Assembly: GCA_003222195.1 (NCBI GenBank)
Contig: QHVB01000026.1
Span: 71,662 to 135,661 of the forward strand
Length of the DNA stretch: 64,000 nucleotides
Source of the DNA: Gemmatimonadota bacterium
GTDB lineage: Bacteria; Gemmatimonadota; Gemmatimonadetes; Gemmatimonadales; GWC2-71-9
Direction: 5' to 3'
The notes under the pieces are model-generated. The model was not told the DNA's origin and made no database searches. It saw nothing but the letters and a program-made list of their open reading frames with translations. Positions 10,682 through 23,467 of the stretch are shown here, piece after piece; within the stretch, counting starts at the first letter, position 1, and each line of letters begins with the position of its first letter. A program made the position numbers and the translations under genes.

Positions 10682-11457
10682 GTCTCGTTTCAACGCCGGC
10701 AATCGTTCTCCGGACCTACCGCTACAGCGAAACGTCGAAAATCGTGCGCCTGGCGACGCGCGATTACGGCGTGCAGAGCGCGATCGCCAAAGGTGTGCTT
10801 CGGCCCCGCAGCCCGTTTGGCGCGGCGCTCGAGACGTTGAGCGAAGGCGTGGCGCAGCTCTATCACAAAGAGACGCGCGAGCTCCAGACCCTGGCCGCCT
10901 TCGACGTGATCGAGCTCCGCCGGGGCCTGGCGGATGACCTGGGCCGGTTTGCGGGGGCGGCGGCGCTGTCCGAAGTGATGCTGAAGATGGCGCCTCCGGC
11001 GCCGCTGCCCGCCGCCTACGAAGCGTTCATCCTGGGATTGGATGCCTTGGTCCGCGCCGAGCCGGGCCAGACCGACGCGGCGGCGGTGCGCTGGCTCTGG
11101 CTGCTCGTGGGAGTGCTCGGCTTCGCGCCGCAGCTCGATGCGTGTGTGCGCGACGGCAACCCAGTCTCCGGAACGGTGGCGTTCAGTGTCGCCGACGGAG
11201 GCGTCCTGTGCGCGAAGTGCGCGGGTCCCCAACCGCCGACCAGGCTGCCGCCGCACGCCTATCGCGATCTCGTGGCCTTGAACGACGAGCAGGTCCCACT
11301 TCCCACGCTCGATGCGGCACACGCCGCTGCCCACCGGCGTCTCATCGCCCGCTTCGTCCGTCACCATCTCGACGAAACGGGACGCAATGGCAATGAGCCG
11401 AAGTCGAGCGCCGTAGACATCTGGGAGCGCCGCGCGTGGGCTCACCCCGGTTCGTAA
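10678..11457 (+). CDS. recO: DNA repair protein RecO
   Basis: N-terminal OB-fold pattern TPAIVLRTYRYSETSKIVRLATRDYG and a C-terminal Cys cluster (CxxC). GTGA overlap with the upstream gene. Confidence 0.9.
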   Translation: MSLVSTPAIVLRTYRYSETSKIVRLATRDYGVQSAIAKGVLRPRSPFGAALETLSEGVAQLYHKETRELQTLAAFDVIELRRGLADDLGRFAGAAALSEVMLKMAPPAPLPAAYEAFILGLDALVRAEPGQTDAAAVRWLWLLVGVLGFAPQLDACVRDGNPVSGTVAFSVADGGVLCAKCAGPQPPTRLPPHAYRDLVALNDEQVPLPTLDAAHAAAHRRLIARFVRHHLDETGRNGNEPKSSAVDIWERRAWAHPGS

Positions 11458-13307
11458 TCGGCACCGCGGGCCACATCGATCACGGGAAGACGGCGCTGGT
11501 GAAAGCCCTCACCGGTGTCGACACCGATCGCTGGGAAGAGGAAAAACGCCGCGGCATCACGATCGATCTCGGGTTTGCCCCGCTCCCACTCCCGGACGGG
11601 ATTCAGGCCAGCGTCGTCGATGTCCCCGGCCACGAAGGATTCGTCAAGAACATGCTCGCCGGCGCGACCGGCATCGACGTCGCGCTGCTCATCATCGCTG
11701 CCGATGAAGGCATCATGCCGCAGACCGAGGAGCACCTCGCCATCCTCGAGCTGCTGGGCGTCCGCCGCGGCATTCCGGTTCTGACCAAGCGCGATCTCGT
11801 GGATGACGAATGGCTGGGTTTGGTGCGCGCCGAAGTCGCCGAACGCCTCTCGCACAGCCGCGTGCGCTGGCATGCACCGATCGCCGTCAGCGCACAGAAT
11901 GGCGAGGGTCTGGACGTTCTGAAAGAAGCGTTGGTGGAGGTTGTGGAGGACCTGCGGGAGCGCCCCGGGGATGATCTGTTCCGCCTGCCAATAGACCGCG
12001 TGTTCGCACTCCCCGGAGCGGGGACGGTAGTCACCGGCTCGACCTGGAGCGGCACCCTCGCCGCAGGCGACAGCGTACGGCTCCTCCCACTCGGTCGCGA
12101 AGTGCGCGTCCGGTCGATTCAGGTGCACAGCCAAGACGCGGCTGCGGCCGGCCCCGGACGACGCACCGCGTTGGCGCTGGTAGGGGTCGCCAAAGAAGAG
12201 CTCGAGCGCGGGCACGTCGCGGTGACCGGCCCAGGGTGGGCGGCCACGAGCACGCTCGATGTCGCGCTGGAGCTCCTGCCCTCGGCCCACAAGCCGCTCG
12301 CCGCACGCACCCGGGTTCGCGTGCATCTCGGCACCGCCGAGGTGCTGGGGCGGGTGGCTCAGGTTCGGGCGATAGGGCCTGGGGATTCGGGCTTAGCCCG
12401 GCTCCTTCTCGAGCGTCCGCTAGTGGCACGGGGCGGCGACCGATTCGTTATCAGGAGTTTCTCTCCCGTCACCACGACCGGGGGCGGAGAGGTTCTCGAT
12501 CCATTTCCCCCCAAACGGCCTCGTGTATCCGAGCGCGGGCTCGCGGTTGGCCAGTCGCCGGCCGAGCGCCTCGCGCGGTTCGTGGATGAGGCTGGTGTTG
12601 CAGGTTTGCGCGTCGGGGACATCGCCGTCCGGCTGGGGATGCTCCCCTCCGCCGTGCCCGACACAATTGCGGCAATGGGCAAGGCCGTACTGCCGGCGGG
12701 CGATTTCCTCGTGGCGCGACGTGCCGTTACAGCCGAGGTCGAGCGGCTTGCGAGTGTGGTGGACGCGCATCACCGGCAGCACCCCCTGGATCCGGGGCTC
12801 TCGCTACAGGCGCTGCGCGCGACCGTCAATGCGCCGGCGCCCGTGCTGGATCTGCTGATCGAGCACGGCGTGAAGAAGCAGGCGTGGGAGCTGGCGGAGG
12901 GAGGCGCCGCGGTGCGCCGGCCCGGCTGGAGTGCCGCCCTGAAGGCCCGAGCGGGCGACGCGGGAGGGCGGCTGGCGCAGCGGCTGGCCGAGGCGCGGTG
13001 GCAGCTTCCTACGGTCTCCGAATTGCAGCGCGAGTTCTCAGATCCATCCGTGCCGGCGCTGCTCGCGCATCTGGCGCGCGAGGGCTCGGTGGAGCGTGTG
13101 GATCAGGAGCGCTATGCACTGAAACAGGCGCTGGAGGAGTTCCAGCGGGCGGTGGAGGAGACCTTGCGCGAGCTGGGCGCTGCCACACCAGCACAATTCC
13201 GTGACCGGCTCGGGTTAACGCGCAAGTACTTGATACCACTGCTCGAGTGGGCCGACCGCCGGGGGATCACCAGCCGTAAGGGAGATACCAGGATTCTCCG
13301 TGCTTGA
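11436..13307 (+). CDS. selB: selenocysteine-specific translation elongation factor SelB
   Basis: G-domain [21 protein letters not shown], then beta-barrel domains and a long winged-helix C-terminal extension typical of SelB. Confidence 0.9.
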   Translation: MGSPRFVIGTAGHIDHGKTALVKALTGVDTDRWEEEKRRGITIDLGFAPLPLPDGIQASVVDVPGHEGFVKNMLAGATGIDVALLIIAADEGIMPQTEEHLAILELLGVRRGIPVLTKRDLVDDEWLGLVRAEVAERLSHSRVRWHAPIAVSAQNGEGLDVLKEALVEVVEDLRERPGDDLFRLPIDRVFALPGAGTVVTGSTWSGTLAAGDSVRLLPLGREVRVRSIQVHSQDAAAAGPGRRTALALVGVAKEELERGHVAVTGPGWAATSTLDVALELLPSAHKPLAARTRVRVHLGTAEVLGRVAQVRAIGPGDSGLARLLLERPLVARGGDRFVIRSFSPVTTTGGGEVLDPFPPKRPRVSERGLAVGQSPAERLARFVDEAGVAGLRVGDIAVRLGMLPSAVPDTIAAMGKAVLPAGDFLVARRAVTAEVERLASVVDAHHRQHPLDPGLSLQALRATVNAPAPVLDLLIEHGVKKQAWELAEGGAAVRRPGWSAALKARAGDAGGRLAQRLAEARWQLPTVSELQREFSDPSVPALLAHLAREGSVERVDQERYALKQALEEFQRAVEETLRELGAATPAQFRDRLGLTRKYLIPLLEWADRRGITSRKGDTRILRA

Positions 13308-13418
13308 CAGGCTCTGAGCGCTTCCTAGCTTTTTCAGTGCAGCGTTAAACCTTTGCGCCCTGTACCAACAAGGAGAGCGGTCTAAACGCATCTTTACGTT
13401 TGCAGAGGAGTCGGTGAG

Positions 13419-13862
13419 ATGAAGCTGTATGCCTGGGCATTGTTGTGGGGGGGGCTCGGGCTGCTCGCGGGGGGGGGAGTCGACGGCGTTTTGGGGCAGG
13501 CATCGCCCCCACCGCTCGTGGAGCTCAAGCAGAACTATCCGAACCCCTTCAACCCGGCGACCACGATCCCGTTCACGCTGAGCGGTGATCTGTTTGCCAA
13601 TGGTCATCGGCCGAAGGTCTCGCTGAAGATTTACAATGTGTTAGCCCAGCTCGTGGCGGTGCCGATCCTGCAGGGGAGCGGAGAACCGCTGAGCGATCTG
13701 GAGTTGACGTGCGGCACACCGAGTGCCGGAACCTGTCCGTTCACCGCGTACTGGAACGGCAAGGTCTTGGACACGGATACGGACGCGGCATCCGGCGTGT
13801 ACATCTACCAGCTCGTGGTGGATGGGCGCCGGTTTACGAAGAAGATGATCATCATGAAATAG
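13419..13862 (+). CDS. small secreted protein consisting of signal peptide plus T9SS-type / FlgD-Ig-like C-terminal domain
   Basis: LKQNYPNPFNPATTIPFTL ... LKIYNVLAQLV ... WNGKVLD...ASGVYIYQL...KKMIIMK is the Por-secretion-tail/FlgD_ig signature. GAGGAG SD upstream. Possible own promoter (TTGACA 13304-13309). Confidence 0.7.
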   Translation: MKLYAWALLWGGLGLLAGGGVDGVLGQASPPPLVELKQNYPNPFNPATTIPFTLSGDLFANGHRPKVSLKIYNVLAQLVAVPILQGSGEPLSDLELTCGTPSAGTCPFTAYWNGKVLDTDTDAASGVYIYQLVVDGRRFTKKMIIMK

Positions 13863-13885
13863 TAGACGCGACAAGGCGCGTAACG

Positions 13886-13921
13886 GCGCGGCGGGTGATT
13901 AACACCTGCCGCGCTTTTTTT
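13886..13921 (+). terminator. rho-independent terminator
   Basis: 12-bp GC-rich stem GCGCGGCGGGTG/CACCTGCCGCGC (one G-T pair), 5-nt loop, followed by T7. Confidence 0.75.
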
Positions 13922-13989
13922 CCGCCTCTGTGCGCCGTTCTGCCATTTCGACATCTTTCCTCGGCACACCGGTTGCTTGGGGAGCAAGC

Positions 13990-16605
<2,616 letters not shown>

Positions 16606-16609
16606 AGGC

Positions 16610-17059
16610 ATGGCCGCCGCGCTGGAGCAGGCGCGCCGCGCCGCTGCCCAAGATGAAGTCCCGATTGGCGCGGTCGTGATGCGTGGCGACGAGATCGTCG
16701 CCGAGGCGCACAACGAAACCGTCGCGCGTCAGAATCCCACGTATCATGCGGAGTTTCTGGCCATCGAGCGTGCGCTCGAGGCGTTGGAGACCGATCGGCT
16801 CACCGACTGCACGCTCTACGTTACGCTCGAGCCGTGCGCGCAATGCGCCGGCGCGATCGTGCTGGCAAAAGTGGGGAAGCTGGTGTTTGGGGCCTATGAC
16901 GAGAAGGCGGGGATGTGCGGGTCGGTGGGCGATTTGGTGCGGCATCCGCGGCTGAATCACCGCGTCGACGTCAGAAGCGGCGTCGAAGCTGAAGCGTGCG
17001 CCGAGCTGCTCAAGGATTTCTTTTCAGCAAGGCGTCCAGCGTCTCAGCAGCCTCGCTGA
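16610..17059 (+). CDS. tadA: tRNA adenosine(34) deaminase TadA
   Basis: HAEFLAIE and TLEPCAQCAGA zinc-binding deaminase motifs. About 150 aa from ATG 16610. Confidence 0.9.
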   Translation: MAAALEQARRAAAQDEVPIGAVVMRGDEIVAEAHNETVARQNPTYHAEFLAIERALEALETDRLTDCTLYVTLEPCAQCAGAIVLAKVGKLVFGAYDEKAGMCGSVGDLVRHPRLNHRVDVRSGVEAEACAELLKDFFSARRPASQQPR

Positions 17060-18137
17060 GCTGTTCGTCGGAGACGTAGGGCGCGGGCCCCAACCGAAGG
17101 GTGTCGCCCCGGTAGTCCGTCCAGATATTCTGCTTGCGCAGCGCCTTTTGAATCTTTGCGGCTCGCGTGGCAGGGACCGCCAGGAAGCCGCCAATGGCGT
17201 CGTTCCTCGTTTGTCCCGACAGAATCTCGAGCTGATGCTGGCTGAGCTCTCGCAGCCTCTGCGAGGTCAGTTTCTGCTCTTCAAAAAACTTGAATACGGC
17301 TGCCGCCCGATAATGACTCGTAAAGTCATAGGTCGCGCCGGCAAATCGCGCGGGGCCAGGACCGTATGCAACCGAGCCGCTCCTGGGCGCGCGACTCAAA
17401 TCGGCGAACTCACTAAACCATCCCGTGACCACCGGCCGGAGGTCGCAGTGCTCCGGGAATCGCAGAAACGCATTGCCCGGCCCCAGCTGGCAGTACTTGT
17501 AACCGCCCCCGACCACGTACGCGCGCTGCAGCCCGTGCTCGGAGAGCGAGAACGGCACGACGTTGAGCGCGTGATAGGCATCCACGACCAGATCGGCACC
17601 CACGCGCTCGCAGGCCTCCTGGACTGCCCGGAGATTCGGGACGATATACGCATTCGAGTACAGGACCGCCGAGACCAGCACTGCCGCCGTGCGGTCGTCG
17701 ATCGTTATGGCGAGCCGTTCGGCCAACGTCGCTGCGGGCATTGCCGGCACCTTGATGACCTCGATGCCTTCCTCCGCCAGCCGATCGAGCTGGCGACGGA
17801 TCGTGTGAAACTCGCCGTCCGTCGTGACTAACTGCGGCCGGTTACGCAGCGGTAGCGCCGACAGGAACCGCACGACCACCTCATGCGTGTTCTGCGCGAG
17901 CGCGATGCGCTCAGGCGTGTCGTCGAGCAGCCGCGCAAAGCCGCGCCGCACCTCCTTGGCCTTCTGGAACGCGAGGTCCCAGACGTCATCGACATGCTCG
18001 GCCGTGTCGAGCCACGCCTGCTGCTGTGCCTCGAAGGCGACATCGGGCCACGCCTGATGGGAGTGCCCAGTCAGCAGAATGCGCTCAGTGACGCGAAAAC
18101 GACGGTAGTGCTTCGCCAGCTCTTGCGGATTGATCAC
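17010..18137 (-). CDS. kynU: kynureninase
   Basis: Class-V aminotransferase fold with kynureninase-like N-terminus (ILLTGHSHQAWPD). The GTG start overlaps the kynA stop (GTGA). The listed longer ORF overlaps kynA. Confidence 0.85.
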   Translation of the reverse strand: MINPQELAKHYRRFRVTERILLTGHSHQAWPDVAFEAQQQAWLDTAEHVDDVWDLAFQKAKEVRRGFARLLDDTPERIALAQNTHEVVVRFLSALPLRNRPQLVTTDGEFHTIRRQLDRLAEEGIEVIKVPAMPAATLAERLAITIDDRTAAVLVSAVLYSNAYIVPNLRAVQEACERVGADLVVDAYHALNVVPFSLSEHGLQRAYVVGGGYKYCQLGPGNAFLRFPEHCDLRPVVTGWFSEFADLSRAPRSGSVAYGPGPARFAGATYDFTSHYRAAAVFKFFEEQKLTSQRLRELSQHQLEILSGQTRNDAIGGFLAVPATRAAKIQKALRKQNIWTDYRGDTLRLGPAPYVSDEQLSEAAETLDALLKRNP

Positions 18138-18916
18138 AGCTCGGCGCGAATCGCCCAAAGGTCGGGGAACGCCGGCTGGTTGAGCGTGGTCATGAGGTAC
18201 TCGGCACCGGACGAGCCGCCCGTCCCCGGCTTCGTTCCGATCGTCCGCTGCACCATCTTCACGTGGCGATACCGCCACTCCATGAACCCCTCATCGAGGT
18301 CCACCAGCCGCTCAGCGATCTGCGCCACTGTCGGGTTTTTCTTGTAAACCTCGACGAGGATCCGCTGGACCTCGGATGAAGGCTCGTACAACTGGCTGAA
18401 ATCCCGCTGGAGCAACGCCTTCGGTACGGGATACTTGTTGGTCGCGAGATACTGCAGGAAAGCATCCCACACCGTAGGCTGATTGAACCGCCGCTCGACG
18501 CGTTTCCGATTCTCGCTGCCCTCCGGATACCGCTCGAACGACGGCCGGCCTTTCTTGCCCAGAATGAATTCGATTTCGCGGAATTGATGCGACTGAAAGC
18601 CGCTCCCCGACTCGAGCCGGGCCCGGAACGCCAGAAAATTGAGCGGTGTGATCGTCTCGAGTACGTCGATCTGTGCAACTAATGTCTTGAGGATGGTGAG
18701 GATTCGCTTCAGAGTCGCTGCTGCGAGCGGGGTGTCGTTTGCGCGCAGGAGCTCTTGGAGATAGTCGAGCTCATGCAGCACTTCCTTGAACCAGAGCTCG
18801 TAGACCTGGTGGATGATGACGAAGAGGGTCTCGTCGTGCTCGAGCTCCCCGGGCCGAGGCTGCTGGAGCGATAAGAGCTGGTCGAGCTTGAGATAGCTGG
18901 AGTATGTGACAGTCAT
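18134..18916 (-). CDS. kynA: tryptophan 2,3-dioxygenase
   Basis: [20 protein letters not shown]...[17 protein letters not shown]...[21 protein letters not shown] is a canonical bacterial TDO. ATGA overlap with the upstream gene. Confidence 0.9.
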   Translation of the reverse strand: MTVTYSSYLKLDQLLSLQQPRPGELEHDETLFVIIHQVYELWFKEVLHELDYLQELLRANDTPLAAATLKRILTILKTLVAQIDVLETITPLNFLAFRARLESGSGFQSHQFREIEFILGKKGRPSFERYPEGSENRKRVERRFNQPTVWDAFLQYLATNKYPVPKALLQRDFSQLYEPSSEVQRILVEVYKKNPTVAQIAERLVDLDEGFMEWRYRHVKMVQRTIGTKPGTGGSSGAEYLMTTLNQPAFPDLWAIRAEL

Positions 18917-21162
18917 AGCCTCGGTTTGTACTTGTTGAGCGTCGCGTAGGGATCGGGCCAGGGCAGCGGATGACCCTGTTCGTAGGCCGCGTGTCTGGTC
19001 CAGTACGGATCCCACAGATGCGCGCGCGCGAGCACGCAGAGATCGGCGCGCCCCGCCGCCAGGATCGTGTTCACATCCTGATACGACGAGATATTGCCGA
19101 CCGCCATCGTCGCGATGCCCACGTCGTGCCGGATCCGGTCGGCGAACGGCGTCTGAAATTGCCGGCCATACTGCGGCTTGGCCTCGGCCACCGTCTGGCC
19201 CGCGGAGACGTCCGTGATGTCGCAGTCGTGCGCCTTGAGCAGGCGGGCTACTTCGACCGCATCCCCGGGCTGCATCCCCCCGGGCGCCCAGTCGACTGCC
19301 GAAATCCGCACGGACAGCGGTTTGTGGGCGGGCCAGGCGCCGCGCACCGCGTCGAACACCTCGAGCGGAAACCGCATCCGGTTCTCCAGCGAGCCGCCGT
19401 ACTCGTCGGTGCGCTGGTTCGTGAGCGGCGAAATGAAGCTCGCGAGCAGATAGCCGTGCGCGAAATGCAGCTCGAGGAGATCGAATCCGGCGTCGTGCGA
19501 CATCTGCGCCGCGCGGACGAAATGCTGCTTCACCTCGTCCATGTCGGCCCGGGTCATCTCCTTCGGCACCTGGCTGTAAGGGAAGTAGGGCAGCGGGGAC
19601 GCCGAGATGATCGGCCAGTTGCCGTCCGGGAGCGGCTCGTCCATGCCCTCCCACATCCGCTGCGTCGACGCCTTGCGTCCGGCATGGCCGAGCTGCATGG
19701 CGATCTTCGCGCCGCTGTTCACATGCACGAAATCCACGATGCGCTTCCACGCCGCAACATGGTCCGGCTTGTACATCCCGGTGCAGCCCGGCGAGATGCG
19801 GCCCTCGCGTGACACGTCGGTCATCTCCGTGAACACGAGCCCAGCGCCACCGATCGCGCGGCTCCCCAGGTGCACCAGGTGCCACTCGTTCGGCATGCCG
19901 TCCTCGGCGACGTACTGACACATCGGCGACACGACGACGCGATTGCTCAGCACGAGGTCGCGCAGCTTGAACGGCGTGAACATGGGAGGGGGTGCGCGGT
20001 GCGCGGTAAGCGGTACGCGGGACTGCTCTTCGGCGCGTTTCGCGTACCATTCGTCGATGCTTTCAACGAACTTTGGGTCGCGAACCTTCAAGTTGTCATG
20101 CGTTATCCTGAGGCTGCGGGTCAGGAGATTGAACGCGAACTGCAGCGGCTCGAGGTTCATGTAGCGTTCGGTGTCCTCGAACCACTGCAGGCTGACCTGC
20201 GCGGCGCGCTGCAGGCTCTCCACCGCCGGACGCCGCTCGGCCTCATACTCGGTGAGCGCGAACGGCACGTCGGGATGGCGCTGCAAGGCGTTCGCCAGCG
20301 CGATAGCGTCTTCGATCGCGAGCTTCGTCCCGGACCCCACCGAAAAATGCGCCGTGTGCGCCGCGTCGCCCACGAGCACGACGTTGCCGTGCGACCAGGA
20401 CGCGTTTTTGATCGTGACGAAATTGCGCCACAGCGAGCGATTTTTGAGGAGGCGATGGCCCTGGAGCTCGTCCTTGAAGAGCGCCTCGCAGAATTCGACC
20501 GTGTCGGCTTCGCTCGCCCGATCGAGTCCCGCCTTGCGCCACGCGGCCTCCGTGGTCTCGACAATCAACGTCGAATGCCCCTTCTCGTACTGGTAGGCGT
20601 GGACGCGCCACAGCCCGTGCTTATCGCCCTTGAAGTAGAAAGTGAACGCGGGGAAGGGACGGGTCGTGCCGAGCCAGACGAAACGGTTGGGCCGCTCGTC
20701 CAGCGTGGGCTGGAAGTGCTCGACATAGGTCGAGCGCACCACGCTGCTGAAGCCGTCGGCACCGACCACGAGATCGGCATCGGCGTACACCGCTGGATCG
20801 GTGACGTCGGTCCCGACCTCGATACACACGCCCAGCTCCTCACAGCGCCGCCCCAGGACCCGCAGCAGTGCGCGGCGCGACAGCCCGCTGAAGCCGTGTC
20901 CACCTGAGCGGATGACGTGGCCGCGGTAGTGGATGCTGATGTCGTCCCAATGAAAGAACTCGTGCGCCAGCGCGTCGTACGTCTCCGGATCGGCCGTCGC
21001 CAGGTTGTTTTGGGTCGCGTCCGAAAAGACCACGCCAAAGCCGTAGGTATCGTCTAGCCGATTGCGCTCCAGGATCGTGATCTCGTGCCGGGGATGCGCG
21101 TTCTTCATCAGGATGCCGAAGTAGAGCGCCGCGGCCCCGCCGCCAATCGTCACGATTCTCAT
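18913..21162 (-). CDS. bifunctional FAD monooxygenase / old-yellow-enzyme reductase (2-aminobenzoyl-CoA monooxygenase/reductase or salicylyl-CoA 5-hydroxylase family)
   Basis: 749 aa. N-terminal GxGxxG FAD hydroxylase ([28 protein letters not shown]) is fused to an OYE-like NADH:flavin oxidoreductase (SPMCQY...HLGSRA..., HFAHGYLL). Confidence 0.8.
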   Translation of the reverse strand: MRIVTIGGGAAALYFGILMKNAHPRHEITILERNRLDDTYGFGVVFSDATQNNLATADPETYDALAHEFFHWDDISIHYRGHVIRSGGHGFSGLSRRALLRVLGRRCEELGVCIEVGTDVTDPAVYADADLVVGADGFSSVVRSTYVEHFQPTLDERPNRFVWLGTTRPFPAFTFYFKGDKHGLWRVHAYQYEKGHSTLIVETTEAAWRKAGLDRASEADTVEFCEALFKDELQGHRLLKNRSLWRNFVTIKNASWSHGNVVLVGDAAHTAHFSVGSGTKLAIEDAIALANALQRHPDVPFALTEYEAERRPAVESLQRAAQVSLQWFEDTERYMNLEPLQFAFNLLTRSLRITHDNLKVRDPKFVESIDEWYAKRAEEQSRVPLTAHRAPPPMFTPFKLRDLVLSNRVVVSPMCQYVAEDGMPNEWHLVHLGSRAIGGAGLVFTEMTDVSREGRISPGCTGMYKPDHVAAWKRIVDFVHVNSGAKIAMQLGHAGRKASTQRMWEGMDEPLPDGNWPIISASPLPYFPYSQVPKEMTRADMDEVKQHFVRAAQMSHDAGFDLLELHFAHGYLLASFISPLTNQRTDEYGGSLENRMRFPLEVFDAVRGAWPAHKPLSVRISAVDWAPGGMQPGDAVEVARLLKAHDCDITDVSAGQTVAEAKPQYGRQFQTPFADRIRHDVGIATMAVGNISSYQDVNTILAAGRADLCVLARAHLWDPYWTRHAAYEQGHPLPWPDPYATLNKYKPRL

Positions 21163-22295
21163 TTGACGAGCTGTCCCGCGATGATGAGATGTTGGATTTC
21201 CGTCGTTCCTTCATAGATCCGCAACGCGCGGACTGACCGATACAGCCGGTCCACCGGATTGTCGGCGAGTACGCCACGCCCTCCCAGGATCTGGACCGCG
21301 TCATCGACAATGCGCTGCGCCGCTTCGGTAGCGAACGCCTTCGCCATCGCAGCCTCGAGCGTGACGCGCGGGGCTCCGCGGTCCTTTTCCCACGCGGCGC
21401 GATAGACGAGCAAGCGCGCGGCCGTCAGGTCGGTGGCCATGCGGGCCAGTTTCTCCTGAATCAGCTGGAACTCCGCGATCGGCTTGCCGAACTGCCGCCG
21501 CGCCTTCGCATGCGCAAGCGCTTCGGCGAGGGCGCGCGCCGCCATGCCACACGCCGCGGCGCCGACGGTGCAGCGTACCCGATCGAGCGTCGCGAGACCG
21601 AGCTTGAATCCTTCGCCATCAGTATCGAGCCGGCATGCACTTGGCACGCGTGCTTTCTGAAAGGCGATTTCGCCCAAAGGATGCGGGGCAGAAAGGACGA
21701 GGGTCCGCACCAGCCGTAGACCCGGCGTGTCTGCAGCCACCACGAAGCACGCGATACCCTTGTCCTTCTTGGCGCGATCGGTGGTCGCGAACACCGTGTA
21801 GAAGTCCGCAATGCCGGCGTTGGAAATAAATGTCTTGGTGCCCGACAGGACGTAGGCGTCGCCGTCCGGCTCCGCGGTTGCGCCGAGGGACGCAACATCG
21901 GAGCCGACGTCCGGCTCGGTCATCGCGAACGACGCCATCGCTCGACCCTGCATGGCCGGCTCCAGCCAGCGGTTGCGCATCGTGGCGTTGGCCGAGAGCA
22001 ACATCGGGACGACGCCGAGCGTCTGCAACGCGAACACGGCGTCGGCGAGCGGCGAGGCTGCGGCGAGGGCTTCGCGGATCAGGCAGCAGGCGCGCCAGTC
22101 CTGATCGCGAATGGGTTGCAACCACCCGACTGCGCCCAGTTTCACGAGCAGCTCGCGCGCCTGAACGCGCGCGGCGGTGTCGTCGGCCGGCTCGGCCAGC
22201 GGCGCGAGCACGCGAGTGGCAAACGCGCTCACCCGCTCGGCCAGCGTCACATGCTTCTCGTCGAGAAATGCGCGGACCGGCCCGGTGTCGACCAT
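21159..22295 (-). CDS. acyl-CoA dehydrogenase
   Basis: ACAD motifs ([34 protein letters not shown]). The ATG start at 22295 shares one nt with the upstream stop (a TTG at 22298 is also possible). Confidence 0.9.
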   Translation of the reverse strand: MVDTGPVRAFLDEKHVTLAERVSAFATRVLAPLAEPADDTAARVQARELLVKLGAVGWLQPIRDQDWRACCLIREALAAASPLADAVFALQTLGVVPMLLSANATMRNRWLEPAMQGRAMASFAMTEPDVGSDVASLGATAEPDGDAYVLSGTKTFISNAGIADFYTVFATTDRAKKDKGIACFVVAADTPGLRLVRTLVLSAPHPLGEIAFQKARVPSACRLDTDGEGFKLGLATLDRVRCTVGAAACGMAARALAEALAHAKARRQFGKPIAEFQLIQEKLARMATDLTAARLLVYRAAWEKDRGAPRVTLEAAMAKAFATEAAQRIVDDAVQILGGRGVLADNPVDRLYRSVRALRIYEGTTEIQHLIIAGQLVK

Positions 22296-23083
22296 CAAGT
22301 GAATTTGGGGTCGCGCTTGGCGCGGAAGGCATCGTGGGCTTCCCGGAAGTTCGGCGCCTGCATCAGCTGCGCCTGGACTTCGGCCTCGTATGCAAGTGCC
22401 GCTTCGAAGTCGAGTGCCGCCTCGGCCTCGAGCGCCTGCTTCGTGACACCGAGGGCCGCCGACGGCCCGCGCGCCAACTTTTCCGCGACGGCGCGAGCTT
22501 CAACCAAGACCTGTGCCTGTGGGACGACGCGATTGTAGAGACCGATTTCGTGCGCCCGTTTCGCGTCGACGAAGTCGCCCGTCAACAGCATCTCGGTCGC
22601 GTGGCCATAGCCGACGATGCGGGGCAGGAGCCACGCGGCGCCCATGTCGGCCCCCGAGAGGCCGACCTTCGTAAAGAGGAAAGCGATCTTGGCGGATTCC
22701 GCCGCAATCCGCATGTCGCACGCAGCCGCGATGACCGCGCCCGCACCGGCCACCGTGCCGTTCAGAGCGCCGACGATGGGCCGGCGGCAATGCCGCATCG
22801 CGAGAATGAGGTCGCAGGTGAGGCGCGTGAACTCCTGCAGCGTCTTGAGATCGCGGCCGAGCAGCGCACCGATGATGTCCTCGACGTCGCCGCCGGAGCA
22901 GAAGGCGCGTCCGGCGCCCGTGATGATGATGGCGCGCACGCCCGGCTCGGTGTCGAGCCTCCGGAACGTGTCGCGAAGCTCCTGATAGACCTCAAACGTC
23001 AGCGCATTGAGACGTTCGGGCCGGTTGAGGGTGATGGTCGCGACCGCGGTCTTGGTGTCGAGATCATACAGAAGTGACTTCAT
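22295..23083 (-). CDS. enoyl-CoA hydratase/isomerase family protein
   Basis: MKSLLYDLDTKTAVATITLNRPERLNAL...GAGRAFCSGGD crotonase signature. ATGA overlap with the RidA stop. Confidence 0.9.
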   Translation of the reverse strand: MKSLLYDLDTKTAVATITLNRPERLNALTFEVYQELRDTFRRLDTEPGVRAIIITGAGRAFCSGGDVEDIIGALLGRDLKTLQEFTRLTCDLILAMRHCRRPIVGALNGTVAGAGAVIAAACDMRIAAESAKIAFLFTKVGLSGADMGAAWLLPRIVGYGHATEMLLTGDFVDAKRAHEIGLYNRVVPQAQVLVEARAVAEKLARGPSAALGVTKQALEAEAALDFEAALAYEAEVQAQLMQAPNFREAHDAFRAKRDPKFT

Positions 23084-23460
23084 AGGATCGCGACGGCCTC
23101 GATTTCGACGAGCGCTTTCGAATCCATCAGCGATTTTACCTCGACGACGGCCATGGCGGGATAATGGCGTCCCATATGTCGGCGGTGAACTTCGCCGAGT
23201 GGCGTGAGGTTGGCGAGGTACGCCGGGCGGTCCGTGATGTAGCAGACCATGCGACCCACGTTTTCCGGCTTGCCCCCCGCCGAGCGCACGACTTCCATCA
23301 CGCGACCCAGGGCGCCGTCCCACTGCGCCACGAAGTTCCCGACGGGAACAATCTGCCCGGCGACGAACAACACGCGGCCGCCTGTCTCGCCCAGCATCCC
23401 GTGATTCCAGCCACTCGGCCGCGCGCCGAACATGTCGGGATTGATGATCTCGAATGCCAT
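23080..23460 (-). CDS. RidA/YjgF family (reactive enamine/imine deaminase-like) protein
   Basis: 126 aa with the typical RidA length and C-terminal ...VEIEAVA pattern. Confidence 0.8.
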   Translation of the reverse strand: MAFEIINPDMFGARPSGWNHGMLGETGGRVLFVAGQIVPVGNFVAQWDGALGRVMEVVRSAGGKPENVGRMVCYITDRPAYLANLTPLGEVHRRHMGRHYPAMAVVEVKSLMDSKALVEIEAVAIL

Positions 23461-23467
23461 TGGTCTC

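Noticed and set aside
13447-13477. Poly-G tracts (8 and 9 G) in the signal-peptide region of the small CTD protein as phase-variation switches. Similar G/C runs of 8-9 occur near 2316, 34486, 35609, 38885 and 47592.
   Set aside because: A back-of-envelope estimate with G and C each near one third of bases predicts several runs of 8 or more per 64 kb by chance. All are read as Gly or Pro codons. I see no evidence of enrichment without a genome-wide count.
17010-17059. 50-nt convergent overlap of the tadA and kynU 3' ends as a regulatory antisense arrangement.
   Set aside because: The conserved TadA sequence ends about 25 nt before its stop. The overlap is most simply a late stop codon in high-GC DNA, and nothing else supports a function.
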